Assembly (NCBI GenBank): GCA_943368955.1
Contig: CALRLY020000009.1
Span: forward strand, 8,983-72,982
Length of the DNA: 64,000 nucleotides
From: Chitinophaga pinensis
GTDB taxonomy: Bacteria > Bacteroidota > Bacteroidia > Chitinophagales > Chitinophagaceae
Direction of reading: 5' to 3'
Position 1 is the first letter of the stretch; every line of letters begins with the position of its first letter. Shown piece by piece: positions 1-11,000 of the stretch. The notes beneath the pieces are model-generated. The model had not been told where the DNA came from. It saw only the letters and a program-made list of their open reading frames with translations, and did no database searches. The position numbers and the translations under genes are program-made.

Positions 1-445
1 CGGTGATGAGTTGTTCTTTGGCGGTGGGCATGCTGGTCCAACCGTTGCCCAGGTACTGCGACGTACGGTTGTTGATGTTCAGCAGCGCTTCCTGCTGTGC
101 AATGCCCACCAGCATGGCCGTCATGGTTTTACCGGCTGATGCCCAGTACCAATTGCTGTCGGCCGTAAATGTACCGAAGTAGCGCTCGGCTACGATCTTT
201 CCGCCTTTGAGGATGATAAAAGCTTTTGTGTTTTTGCTTTGCAGGTAGGTGTACAAGTCGTTGAGTTGGGTGGTGTTCCAGCCCAGCGAGGCGGGGGTGG
301 TGGTTTGCCAGTCGGTCCCGGTCAGCGGTGGAAAATAGAGGGAAACGGGCGGTGGCGTGGGGGGTGCAGGGGTTTCGTTGTTCTTCTTTTTGCAGGCGGT
401 AACCAATACTACCAGCAGCAGGAGGAGGGAAGCAGATTTTTTCAT
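1..445 (-). CDS. Serine hydrolase (beta-lactamase/PBP-like family) lipoprotein, 3' end beyond the window
   Basis: My own translation from ATG 445: MKKSASLLLLLVVLVTAC (lipobox), a Pro-rich linker, then YLQSKNTKAFIILKGGKIVAERYFG...WYWASAGKTMT with an SxxK motif. Not in the ORF track because it runs off the edge. Confidence 0.85.
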   Translation of the reverse strand, partial: MKKSASLLLLLVVLVTACKKKNNETPAPPTPPPVSLYFPPLTGTDWQTTTPASLGWNTTQLNDLYTYLQSKNTKAFIILKGGKIVAERYFGTFTADSNWYWASAGKTMTAMLVGIAQQEALLNINNRTSQYLGNGWTSMPTAKEQLIT

Positions 446-628
446 AGAAAATGTGTTGATCAGGATCAGACGTTAAACTGCTTCAAAAGTTTAAAATGTA
501 CTGAAACATTTATTCTTTGAACGAAACATCCGTCATCTTTCTGAATAGAACGCCTTTATACTAATATTATTTCGATTCGGATTCCGCCACGTTCTTTGCA
601 GGAGACGAGGCCGGGAACAGGATAGTTA

Positions 629-752
629 ACCTGACAGGGTAGGTTCGTTTTAGAAATTGTATGCCATAGGGCTGACTGCAAAAGAGAGCTCAAGCTGTCA
701 GGTCGTATTACGTACGACACTTCCTCCAGTTGATGTGACTGGGAAACAGTCA
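629..752. repeat. Cluster of intergenic inverted repeats (REP-like or structured RNA)
   Basis: ACCTGACAG (629-637) / CTGTCAGGT (695-703); GTCGTA-N5-TACGAC (702-718); TGACTG-GGAAA-CAGTCA just beyond the pcrA stop. Confidence 0.4.
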
Positions 753-755
753 TCC

Positions 756-3215
756 TCACTCCACAATCCGCAGCTTCGCATAATTCAGCATGATCTTCTT
801 CTCGCCGTTCAGTTCAAACTTCACCGTAGCAATAGGGTTGTGAGCAGCACCTTCCATTTTCACCACTTCGCCAAAGCCGAACTTCTGGTGTTCCACCCGC
901 TGGCCTTCCTGCAGGTTGCTGGTATCGCTGGCCACAAAATCGGCGCCGGGGGTATGTTCGACTGTCTGCGGGCGTGCTGGAGGTGTAACGTACGAGGGTG
1001 TGGTTCCTTTTTTACCGGGAGGAGCGCCGTAGCGTTTTTCGGCACGGGCCGCTTCGTCAACCCCGGAGCGGTTGCCCCAGCCTTTCATGCGGTCGAACGC
1101 TGAGCCACCACCCCCAAAAGAGGAGCTTTGGTTGCGCAGGCCACCGCCGGCGTAGCTTTTATCTACAAAGGCTTCGGGCAGTTCATCGAGGAAGCGGCTG
1201 GGGTCGTTCTGCACCACCTGCCCGAATTTATAGCGGGTGTTGGCGTAGGTGATCCAGAGTTTCTTTTTGGCCCGGGTAATGACCACATAAAACAGGCGCC
1301 GCTCTTCTTCCAGTTCTTCCCGGGTGTTGATGCTCATGGCATTGGGGAACAGCAGTTCTTCCAGCCCGGCGGCAAACACGCATTCAAATTCCAGTCCCTT
1401 GGCCGCATGGATGGTCATGAGTTTCACACTATCGCTGTCGGGGTCCTTTTCATCGGCATCGGTGAGCAGGGTGATCTGCTGCAGGTAGGCGCCGAGGGTA
1501 ACGGGGCCGAGTTGCAGTTGTTCCGGCGTGGGCGCTGCATCGAAGCTGAGTTGCTGTTGCGACGTTTCGGCCGCTAATGGGTCTTTTTGGTCCAGTACAA
1601 TGCCGTCTTCATCAATCTGCTGCCGGTTCTGCGTATCATCCACCCATTCTTTAATGGAGTTAAGTAACTCCTGGATGTTTTCATACCGTTGCAGTCCTTC
1701 CGTGCTTTTATCGTTGAACAGTTCTTTTACGAGGTTGGTCTGCTTGCCCACATGCACCGCCACTTCGTAGGCATTGTTTTTCTGCAGCATACTGCCGAAG
1801 CTGCGGATCATGGTCACAAACGTATCAAGTGCTTCCAACGTACCCGCCTTGAAGCCAAACTCTCCGGCACGGGTGAGCACTTCCCACATGCTGATGTTGC
1901 GTTCGTTGGCATACAGCACACATTTGTCGACCGTGGTTTTGCCGATGCCCCGAACGGGATAGTTGATGATGCGTTTCAGCGCCTCTTCATCTCTTGGGTT
2001 GACGATCAGCCGCAGGTAGGCGAGTAAGTCTTTGATTTCTTTCCGCTGGTAGAAGCTGATGCCGCCGTAAATAATGTAGGCAATGCCCATGCGGCGCAGG
2101 CTTTCTTCAAAGGCACGGCTTTGGGCGTTGGTGCGGTAGAGGATGGCAAAATCTTTATTGCGGAAATGATTGCGGAGTTTTTGTTCCTGGATGGTATCGG
2201 CCACGAATTTGCCTTCGTCGTTATCGGTGAGTGTGCGGACGAGGCGGATTTTTTCGCCCTCACCGTTTTCGGTAAACAGGGTTTTTTCAATCTGTCCTTT
2301 GTTGTTGGCAATCACTTCGTTGGCTACATGCAGGATGTTTTTGGTGCTGCGGTAGTTCTGCTCCAGCTTCACCACGTGCACATCATCGTAGTCTTTCTGA
2401 AACAGCAGAATGTTTTCAATGGTGGCACCCCGGAAGCTGTAAATGCTTTGAGCATCATCGCCCACCACGCACACGTTTTCGTGCATGGCGCCGAGGAGTT
2501 TGATGATTTCGTACTGGGCCGGGTTGGTATCCTGGTACTCATCAATCATAATGTATTTGAACTTGCGCTGGTACTTGCTCAGGCTTTCGGGAAAATGTTT
2601 CAGCAGCTCATAGAATTTCAGCAGCAGGTCGTCGAAATCCATCGCCCCGTTTTTGAAGCAGCGTTTGGCATAGGCATCATAGATCTGCGCAATGGCGGGA
2701 CGGTTGGCCCGCATGTCTTCCTGCTGAATATGCCAGTCGTTCTTATATTCTTCGGCCGTAACCAATCCGTTTTTGGCGGAAGAAATGCGGTTGTACACCG
2801 TGTTGGGTTTGTAATGCTTATCGTCGAGGTTCAGCTCGTTGATAACGGTCTTCAATACGCTCTTGGCATCATCGGTATCGTAAATGGTGAAGTTGTTAGG
2901 GTAGCCCAGTTTATCGGCTTCGGCACGCAGAATGCGGGCAAACACACTGTGAAAGGTACCGATGTACAGGTTGCGGGCTTCGTGGTTGCCCAGGATATGC
3001 TCCACCCGCTCTTTCATTTCTTTGGCTGCCTTGTTGGTGAAGGTGAGCGCCAGTATATGAAATGCATCCACACCCTGTGCCATCAAATGGGCAATACGGG
3101 TGGTAAGTACTTTGGTTTTTCCACTGCCGGCCCCGGCCACAATCATGAGCGGTCCGTCCTTATGCAACACTGCTTCTTTCTGCCGCTCGTTCAGTCCGTT
3201 TAAGTAATCCTTCAT
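756..3215 (-). CDS. pcrA: ATP-dependent DNA helicase PcrA/UvrD
   Basis: Walker A AGAGSGKT, DEYQD, VGDDAQSIYSFRGA, LEQNYRST, TIHAAKGLEF, EEERRLFYV, and a C-terminal Tudor-like RNAP-binding domain. Confidence 0.96.
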   Translation of the reverse strand: MKDYLNGLNERQKEAVLHKDGPLMIVAGAGSGKTKVLTTRIAHLMAQGVDAFHILALTFTNKAAKEMKERVEHILGNHEARNLYIGTFHSVFARILRAEADKLGYPNNFTIYDTDDAKSVLKTVINELNLDDKHYKPNTVYNRISSAKNGLVTAEEYKNDWHIQQEDMRANRPAIAQIYDAYAKRCFKNGAMDFDDLLLKFYELLKHFPESLSKYQRKFKYIMIDEYQDTNPAQYEIIKLLGAMHENVCVVGDDAQSIYSFRGATIENILLFQKDYDDVHVVKLEQNYRSTKNILHVANEVIANNKGQIEKTLFTENGEGEKIRLVRTLTDNDEGKFVADTIQEQKLRNHFRNKDFAILYRTNAQSRAFEESLRRMGIAYIIYGGISFYQRKEIKDLLAYLRLIVNPRDEEALKRIINYPVRGIGKTTVDKCVLYANERNISMWEVLTRAGEFGFKAGTLEALDTFVTMIRSFGSMLQKNNAYEVAVHVGKQTNLVKELFNDKSTEGLQRYENIQELLNSIKEWVDDTQNRQQIDEDGIVLDQKDPLAAETSQQQLSFDAAPTPEQLQLGPVTLGAYLQQITLLTDADEKDPDSDSVKLMTIHAAKGLEFECVFAAGLEELLFPNAMSINTREELEEERRLFYVVITRAKKKLWITYANTRYKFGQVVQNDPSRFLDELPEAFVDKSYAGGGLRNQSSSFGGGGSAFDRMKGWGNRSGVDEAARAEKRYGAPPGKKGTTPSYVTPPARPQTVEHTPGADFVASDTSNLQEGQRVEHQKFGFGEVVKMEGAAHNPIATVKFELNGEKKIMLNYAKLRIVE

Positions 3216-3386
3216 GGCTGCAAGTTATACCAAAATGGATGAATGAAGGAGGGATCGCTTGCGGAGTAGCCGGAGGCAGATCCACAGGCGGTTCACTTTT
3301 TTTAACCGGCTTCCTGTTCATGTGTTGTGCTCGTAAGCAGCCAGTTGAAACAGTTGAAGTAATGGATGTTTCTGAGCCGTTGTTTT

Positions 3387-3455
3387 GTACCTTTTTGCTT
3401 GTCCAAAAAGGTACCCAAAAAAGACACCCGAGATCGAATACGCCCCGATCTCGGG
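3387..3455. repeat. Tandem perfect hairpins in a long intergenic region (REP/MITE-like)
   Basis: GTACCTTTTTG-N6-CAAAAAGGTAC (3387-3414) and CCCGAGATCG-N9-CGATCTCGGG (3427-3455). Confidence 0.55.
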
Positions 3456-3718
3456 AGGGTACCCTGATTTGCCTTTCGTGCTACTGTAGTGCCCAACAGA
3501 GGGTCCTTGATGTCGTTCACTTGTTGGCGAGACTTTGGTGCAGTTGGGTTTTTAATAGACAAACAGGTTAACGAGTAGTTGCCCCGGCATTACATCAAAC
3601 TATTATAACGTAACGAAATGGGGAAAAGAAATCGGTATTTTTTCTGTGAGAAAAAAGTCAAGAGGGCCATATACCCGGATCGGTCTCCGGTGTACAGCCT
3701 GGCAAAACCGGCGCCGCC

Positions 3719-3991
3719 TTAGTAATCCAGCTCAGCTGCTGCCAGCATATCCAGCGTACGCAGTCCGTACTGCTGCAGCACCAGGTTGCATTCATGCAGC
3801 AGAAACTGGGGTACACCGGCTGCAAAGAAATCGGCGTAGTACCAGTAGTGCAACAGACGTTCCGTAGTTCCATCGGCCAGACGTTTGTTGTACAGCATCC
3901 ATTGAATGCGTGACAACTCGGTGTCGGACAAATGATTGAAGGCACCGCTGTTGAGCAAATGCCGGGAAAGGTTGATCACTTGATATTCCAT
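3719..3991 (-). CDS. Small hypothetical protein (90 aa)
   Basis: ATG-start ORF filling an intergenic gap without overlapping another gene; protein-like composition; no family recognised. Confidence 0.6.
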   Translation of the reverse strand: MEYQVINLSRHLLNSGAFNHLSDTELSRIQWMLYNKRLADGTTERLLHYWYYADFFAAGVPQFLLHECNLVLQQYGLRTLDMLAAAELDY

Positions 3992-4143
3992 ACCGGAAAA
4001 TTTTGGTGAATTACTTATAAGAGTATGAAGTTCGTGTGAATGTTGCTTTACTAAATTGTTAACGCCGCAGGTTGTGTATTACCTGTGCATAAACATGGTA
4101 GTTCTGTCAATGATGTATCTTCGAAGCAAGATTGCACTCACAC

Positions 4144-4977
4144 ATGATACGACCCGGACACTACAACCGCCTCACTGTTGACCGCATGAAAGAGGCAGGC
4201 GCTTTTCTCAACGATGGCAAACAGGGCTTGCTGCTACCCAAGCGGTTTGTACCGAAAGGCACCCGTGTGGGTGATGAGCTTACGGTATTTGTGTATCATG
4301 ATTCCGATGACCGGCTCATTGCCACTACCCAGCAACCCAAAGCGGTGGTGGGCGATATTGCTCTGCTGAAGGTGGTGGGCAACAGTCCGCATGGCGCTTT
4401 TCTCGACTGGGGGTTGATGAAAGACCTGTTTGTACCCAAGAGCAAACAAATTTCACCCATGCGGCTTGGCGGAGAATATCTTGTTCAATTGTACATTGAT
4501 GAACAGACCGGTCGCATTGCTGCCAGCCAGTACCTTGAACATTTACTCAGCAACGAAGAGCTTACGGTTAAAGAAAAAGAAGTGGTGCAGTTGATCGTGT
4601 ACCGAAAAACCGACCTGGGATATGTGATGATCATCAACAACAAACACATCGGGCTGCTGCATTTCAACGAAGTGTTCCGGGAGCTGGAAGTGGGCGACCG
4701 TATGGAAGGATACATTAAGACCATCCGCCCCGATCAAAAAATTGATCTCACCCTGGGTAAGCCGGGTTACCAGCGGGTGGAAGATGAGTCTTCTAAAATT
4801 CTTCGTTTGTTGCAGGAGCACAACGGCTACCTGCCGTATCACGATAAAAGTGACCCCGATGAAATTTATTCGTTTTTCGGCATGAGTAAAAAGGCGTTTA
4901 AAATGGCAGTGGGAAAATTGTATAAAGAGCGGAAGATAGAATTAACAACTACCGGAATCAAGCAGGCGGCCATTTAA
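4144..4977 (+). CDS. cvfB: CvfB-family S1 RNA-binding domain protein
   Basis: Repeated S1-like units (GAFLDWGLMKDLFVP; GLLHFNEVF) and a C-terminal winged helix (FGMSKKAFKMAVGKLYK). Start moved to ATG 4144. Confidence 0.9.
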   Translation: MIRPGHYNRLTVDRMKEAGAFLNDGKQGLLLPKRFVPKGTRVGDELTVFVYHDSDDRLIATTQQPKAVVGDIALLKVVGNSPHGAFLDWGLMKDLFVPKSKQISPMRLGGEYLVQLYIDEQTGRIAASQYLEHLLSNEELTVKEKEVVQLIVYRKTDLGYVMIINNKHIGLLHFNEVFRELEVGDRMEGYIKTIRPDQKIDLTLGKPGYQRVEDESSKILRLLQEHNGYLPYHDKSDPDEIYSFFGMSKKAFKMAVGKLYKERKIELTTTGIKQAAI

Positions 4978-7900
4978 ACAGTTTCTTTTACAAACAAAAC
5001 AGACACGGTTGTTCCAACCCCTTTGCTGCTTTCGATCTGCAGGTGGGCACCCATCATTTTCAGTACATCTTTAATAATCAGGTAGCCGAGACCGTTCCCT
5101 TTCCGGTGATCGGTGTTGACAGAGGAAATGACCGTTTCGTCCGACAGGAGATTGGTAACCTGTTCAACACTCATGCCGCTGCCTTCATCTGCAACCTGTA
5201 GTTGCAGGTGGTTGTCTGTTTCCATACTCCGCACCACAATGGTTCCTTTTTCTGAAAAATGGATGGCATTGGAAACGAGGTTATAAATAAGAATCCGGAA
5301 CGGCTCTTCAAACTGGTGCAGTGTAAGTTCTGGGTTTACGTCGTTCCGCAGTTGCAGCTTTTTTTCATGTGCAACGGAAAGTAATACTCCAAACACCTGG
5401 TTTACCAATACGGAAGGCTGCACTGTTTCTTTCAGCAAACGCCGGTTTTTGTTCTGGTATTTAATCCAGTTCAGAATATTGGTCGAAAGAAACTGCAGTT
5501 CCTGTGCCGTGTTGGTCATCTCCTTCAAGGTTTCGTCGGCAAGTTCTGCAGGCATTTCCTTCTTTTTTTCAACGAGTTTGCGGCCCGCAACAGCCAGGAA
5601 TTTCAAGGGGGTGATGATGTCGTGGCTGATAATGGAGATCAGGCGGGTTTTGATGGTGTCGTTTTTTTCCAGCAGTGTATTCTGCAGCTGCAATTCTTTT
5701 GTTTTTTCAGCAACCAGCCGTTCCAGCCGTTTCTGGTTTTTGGTGAGTTGCAGTGTACGCAGTTCAAACAGCAATATGGTTGTACCGAACAGGAATACAA
5801 TTCCCAGCAAATAAAACCACCATTGCAGGTACCAGGGAATGCTAATGGAAAAACCAATGGTGATTGTTTCATAATTCTGCTGCCCGAATCCGTTTTTTTT
5901 GCGGATGCGCATCACGTGTTTTCCGGCAGGAATATTACTCAGTGTTATGGCAAGTTCGGGTTCCAATGCCACGGGCTTCCAATAGGTGGTATCGTTCAGC
6001 TGGTATTCGAGATACATGTTTTCTGTATTGGCCCATGCCGGAATACCCAGCCGGAACACCAGATCGTTTGTTCCGGAAGGCAGCCGTTTGAGTTGAATGG
6101 AATCGGGATGATACCGGTTGCCATTGATGACGATTTCATCAATATAAATTTTACCGGTTGGTAAAATCAGGTTTGCTTCCCGGGGCCGCACCCATACCAG
6201 GCCGTCCATTGATGGAAAAGAAATGGTCTGGTTGTTCAAAACCAGCGCACAAGGGGTGCATCCGCCGTTCAGCTCCGTCATTTCCATACCATCTTTCTTT
6301 CCCAGGTAGTGATAATACACCTGGTCTGTTTTATTTTTAACAGCTGCAATCAAATCGGCAATCGCTGCTTTAAACAACCCCCGGTTGGTGCTCATCCAGC
6401 AGTAGCCCTCTTCATCGGGTACGAAACAATGCGTGTAAAGGAGATACTTCATTTTGTCCAGCGGCATTTGTTGTACAACTCCTTTGTGTAACACATAATA
6501 CCCGGCACCATATGTGCCGAAAAACAAGTAGTCTTTGTATTTCCATAAACTGCGTACACAGTATCCCTGTTTCTGAAAAACCGTATCGGCACGAAGGGTA
6601 TTGTAATCAAATAACAGCAGTCCAAAACAACCAGCTACGGCCAGCTTTCCGGGTTCTGTTTCCAGTAAATTGTACGCAGGCATCGTGCCTTCGGTGTTGG
6701 TAAAACGGTACACCAGGTGCAAACTATCTTCTTTTACCTCACTAATTCCATCATTATTCAGCAGAAACAACCGATTGGCAGCTGTAGTCATGATGGTTTG
6801 CGAACTCAGGCGGAATTTCTTAAAAACCTTATGTGTCTTTTTTTTGAAGTTGTAACTGTTAAGGTGGTTGCCTTTTATGTTTGTAAGATATTGTGTATAG
6901 TACAACACAGAGTCGGCTGTCAGGTGTGTAAAAAAATTAAACTTGTCCGAAATGGGTAACGGAATTCCCTTGGTGCTGCTTTCACTAACAAGTACCCCTT
7001 CATTGGTAAGCACGGCTCCGTTCTGCAGTTCAATTTGTGCGTAGTAGGAGTTTCTGTATTGCATACCGGTAGTTGTGCTTTTCATGGTTCGGGCACTTAC
7101 AGATCGTACAACGTATAATCCTTTCGAGTCTGTTCCAATGAACAGTGTTTTCATGGACTTGCTGTATTGTGCAAAGCGAATGAATGCGGTGAGGTTCAGC
7201 CCCTCAAACAACAGTTCGGCCTGCAGGTTGTTTTCTGTATCGGTTTCCAGCAACCAAACAGTGTTGTTGTGGATATAAATGGCAGCAGACATTCCGTATT
7301 CCCAAAACAGGGATTCAGGATTTATGTCCAACACACGGTTGCTGTTTTTGATTGTTACTTCCACCGGAATGGCCGATTTCCCGGCAACATGAAACAGGGA
7401 CACCCCGTTTTCTTTGCTGACCAGGAAAATTTGTTCCTGCAGCTGGAAAATTTTATCAAACCGTTTGTTGATGTTTAAGAATAGTGGATCGGCAGCATCC
7501 GGAACAGCAAAGCACAACTTCCGTTCACGCAGCAATAAACCCGTATCTGCTGACAAGGGAACCAGGTTTGAAGTCATGATAAAAGGAGATGTTCTTCCGC
7601 CTGATGTTTGTTTCGAAATATAGAGTTTGTCCGAAACAGTAAGAAGCCGGAACATGCTCCATCTGTTCCTGTTGTACTCTGCTGATTGTTTTCTTGGTTT
7701 GATGCGGTTTTTGTCAACCTGGAACAACTTTCCCGATGCATCGGCCATCAGAATCTCCTGTTGCTGGTTGCGTATACAAAACTGGGTTCTTTCTGCTTCA
7801 ATACCCAGTGTGTTTTCTTTTGTGTACGTTTTGATATCTGCACCATTGAACCGTACAAAGCCGGCTTCGGTTGCCAGCCACAGGAAACCGGTTTGTTCAT

Positions 7901-8036
7901 CCCATTGCATTCCCTGTATGCCATTAGAGGGCATATTGTTTTCTGTACTGTAGTTCATCACCTGGAAAGCGTTGGACTGCGCCAGCGTGGCGGCGTACAG
8001 GCACATACACAGAAAAAATGAAAGAAACGGTTTCAT
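4974..8036 (-). CDS. Sensor histidine kinase with periplasmic beta-propeller and Y_Y_Y domain
   Basis: Signal peptide, Reg_prop-like repeats (GFLWLAT, GYCWMSTNRGL), Y_Y_Y-like segment, TM helix, H-box IISHDIITPL, N-box NLVSNAIHF, DEGSGM and GNGLGY. Confidence 0.92.
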   Translation of the reverse strand: MKPFLSFFLCMCLYAATLAQSNAFQVMNYSTENNMPSNGIQGMQWDEQTGFLWLATEAGFVRFNGADIKTYTKENTLGIEAERTQFCIRNQQQEILMADASGKLFQVDKNRIKPRKQSAEYNRNRWSMFRLLTVSDKLYISKQTSGGRTSPFIMTSNLVPLSADTGLLLRERKLCFAVPDAADPLFLNINKRFDKIFQLQEQIFLVSKENGVSLFHVAGKSAIPVEVTIKNSNRVLDINPESLFWEYGMSAAIYIHNNTVWLLETDTENNLQAELLFEGLNLTAFIRFAQYSKSMKTLFIGTDSKGLYVVRSVSARTMKSTTTGMQYRNSYYAQIELQNGAVLTNEGVLVSESSTKGIPLPISDKFNFFTHLTADSVLYYTQYLTNIKGNHLNSYNFKKKTHKVFKKFRLSSQTIMTTAANRLFLLNNDGISEVKEDSLHLVYRFTNTEGTMPAYNLLETEPGKLAVAGCFGLLLFDYNTLRADTVFQKQGYCVRSLWKYKDYLFFGTYGAGYYVLHKGVVQQMPLDKMKYLLYTHCFVPDEEGYCWMSTNRGLFKAAIADLIAAVKNKTDQVYYHYLGKKDGMEMTELNGGCTPCALVLNNQTISFPSMDGLVWVRPREANLILPTGKIYIDEIVINGNRYHPDSIQLKRLPSGTNDLVFRLGIPAWANTENMYLEYQLNDTTYWKPVALEPELAITLSNIPAGKHVMRIRKKNGFGQQNYETITIGFSISIPWYLQWWFYLLGIVFLFGTTILLFELRTLQLTKNQKRLERLVAEKTKELQLQNTLLEKNDTIKTRLISIISHDIITPLKFLAVAGRKLVEKKKEMPAELADETLKEMTNTAQELQFLSTNILNWIKYQNKNRRLLKETVQPSVLVNQVFGVLLSVAHEKKLQLRNDVNPELTLHQFEEPFRILIYNLVSNAIHFSEKGTIVVRSMETDNHLQLQVADEGSGMSVEQVTNLLSDETVISSVNTDHRKGNGLGYLIIKDVLKMMGAHLQIESSKGVGTTVSVLFVKETV

Positions 8037-8084
8037 GGCAGGGTGCAACAAGGTAAGCTTTCTGCACCAATTAGCAGTGACCGG

Positions 8085-11000
8085 TTACCGCAAAACACTG
8101 ATGGTTCCTTTACGTACTTCACCGGTGCCGTTGTTCAGCCGGATGAGGTATATGTACAAACCTGCAGGAACTGCTGCTCCTTTGTAGGTTCCGTTCCAGG
8201 GATTGGTATTATACTGCCGGCGCCGCAGCAGTTCCTGTCCCCAGCGGTTAAAGAGCGTGACTTCTGCTTCGGGGTAGGCCTGCAGCCCGGGAATACGCCA
8301 AACATCGTTAATGCCATCACCGTTGGGTGAAAAGGCATTGGGGATGTACAGCCCGCTGATCACTTCAACAAATACAGAATCGGAAGCCGAGCATCCTTGC
8401 GTTTGGTGGGTAGCGGTAAGAGTGTACCAGGTGCTGGTGCCGGGCGTTGCAACGGGGGTGAGAAGCTGTGGATTATTCAGTCCTGTGGCAGGTGTCCATA
8501 CGAACCGATGGACAGCTGCATTGCCCACTGTTGCATTGAGCACTACCGGCGTGCCGGCTACAATCAGTTGATTGGTGCCGGCATTAACATTGGGTAATGG
8601 GTGTACAATTGCCTGCTGTATATTTTGTAAACCCACGCAACCGTTGGTGTCTTCAGCCATCAGTTCCACCCGGTATTGACCATCTGCAGGATAGGTATGG
8701 TAAAATGGTAACGGGGAAGTTGTTACGCTGGTGTTGCCATTGCCCCAGTTCCATCGCCACTTCGCCAGTGGTGCAGAACCCGGCGCAGAGGCATCGGTCA
8801 CCCGCAGGGAATCACCCACACAAACCGGCCCGCTGATGGAAAACTGTGCCACCGGGTTTTTATAAATGCGGATCTGTTGCGTTGCTGTATCGCTTACACA
8901 AAGCCGGTCGCTGGTGGTTACCAGCCGTATGGTATAGAGCCCGTCGTCTATGTACGTAAAAGCATAGCCGTTGGTTGGTTTTTGGTTGGTGGTGGTTCCG
9001 TTCCCCAGGTCCCAGTACCATTGCTGAATGGTGCTGCCGGTTACTGCAGAGGAATCACGGATGACAACGGTGGTGCCTGCGCAGGCGGCGGTATCAACCC
9101 GGAACAGGGCTAAAGGACGGTGTTGCAACTCCATGGTTTTGGTTGTGTCGCCGATGCAGCCATTGCTGCTCACTGTTTGCAGCTGCACGGGAAAGAGGCC
9201 TGCCGCCGGAAACCGGTATTGCTGCTGTTCGCCGCTGAACGTAACTCCCCCGGGAAAGGTCCAGTTGATCTCCGTTGCCGTAAAGCCAGCAGGGTTGCGG
9301 TTGCTGAACTGCAGGGTATCGTTTGCGCACAGGCGGCCTGTTACTGTAAAGTCAATTGCCGGTTGGGGCTGTACCTGAACGGTGAGAAACGCCTGTTCGG
9401 TATTGCTGCAGGCATCAATATCAGGCGCTGAATAGGTAATGGGAATATCAATGCTGCCGGCACGGTTGAGCCGCAGTACAACCGGGCAACTGTATAAAAA
9501 GTATTTGCGACTGTTCAGCAGGATTGAGTCAACGGGCTGTGGATTGCTGATGGTTTGCGTTGCGGCTCCGTTCAGTTCCGGTACACGGCCCAGCTCCCAG
9601 GTAAGGCTGTTCACCCGGTAGGCCAGCCGGGCTGTAAGGGTGAAGGGCGCATTAATGCAGGTAAAACTGTCAACGGTTCCTGCTGTGTTCCGTGTGTTTT
9701 GAATACTTCCGTAGGCGTTGAGGTTGTTGACAAATGTGCCGGTGTTATATGCATAGCTTTCATAAAAGCCGGCACCATACAGCGTGGCAATAAAGGTGGA
9801 ATCGCAGGTGATGGTGTGCTGGGCGGCAGCCCCGGCGAGCCGCTTGACCACCACAACATAAGCGGGGTTGGCCGGGTGCGGAATCACTTCCGCACCGGAA
9901 GGAGCAACGCCGTCAATCCGCAGAGTGGAAACGCCGCTGGCTTTTGTAATGATGTTTACATGATTCAAATCAATTGCCTGGTTGCGTGTATGGTAAAACA
10001 CGGCTTTTTTCACACCCTGTTCCACGGGGCTCAGGTAAATCATTTCCGGGTCGCCCATGGGTGGATCGGTGGTTCCGCTGCATTGATTGGATGAAACCAT
10101 GTACTGGCTCACCAGCACCGGTTCGTCTGACTCAATATAATCGCCACCGGTACTTGAAAACTCATAGTAGAAATTGTTGATCAGTCCGGTCAGCGGCACT
10201 CCATTACGCTTTACAACGGTGTTAGGTTTTCGTACAGCCACCCGGTACAGGTTCAGAAACGGAGCGGTGAGCGGATCGCCCAGGCTTACTTTGCCGTAAT
10301 AGGTAAGATAGCGGGTGCCCCAGGTATTGGCGGGAAAGATCTGTTGCTGAATCACCTCACCGCCGTTTCCGTTGCAGATGGTGTTTCTGCTGCTGCCCGA
10401 AAACACGGCAACGGGGTGGCATTGGCCATCGGTACCGCTGACTGATACAATTTTACTGCCCGTGAGATCTTTGCCGGTAAGTCCGCCGGTTCTCTTTCCA
10501 AAGACATTGTAAATTTCTCCCCGTTGCAGGGTTACGGTATAGGTAACACCGGGTAGCCATCCTCCTTCGGTTGAATCGGCCGGGGTGATTTCCAGTTTTG
10601 TATGGTCTTCGGCCGCCACTGTATAAAACCAGGAGTAGCTGTCGGGGAAATTGGATACCTGTGTGTAGTTGAGCGAGTAGTAACTGTAACCAAATGTTTC
10701 CACCGGCATGAGCATGGTGGCTGCCGAGGAAACAGAACCATACTGATGTGCGTATGCCACCACGGGAACTGAACTTTTAATGTGAATGCCCCTGGTTGAA
10801 AGTCCTTCATTCCGCAAACGGGCATCTTCTGCACCGGTTTTGGGCAGTACAATGGAAAAATCAACGCTGTTGGCCGGAATCATTACGGTTCTGCTCCAGC
10901 TGGTACCATTGACCGACACCGTTACCGTTGCGGCCGTTTCGGTACTCAGGTACAACACATGCGTTTGGCTGTTGGCGGGGTTGCCTTGTGTAAACAGTAC

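Noticed and set aside
556-759. 67-aa ORF coupled to the pcrA stop
   Set aside because: It runs through palindromic non-coding-like sequence and has no protein-like features.
3239-3571. ORFs of 110 aa (+) and 86 aa (-) in the intergenic element
   Set aside because: Both read through the hairpin cluster and are likely spurious translations of a repeat.
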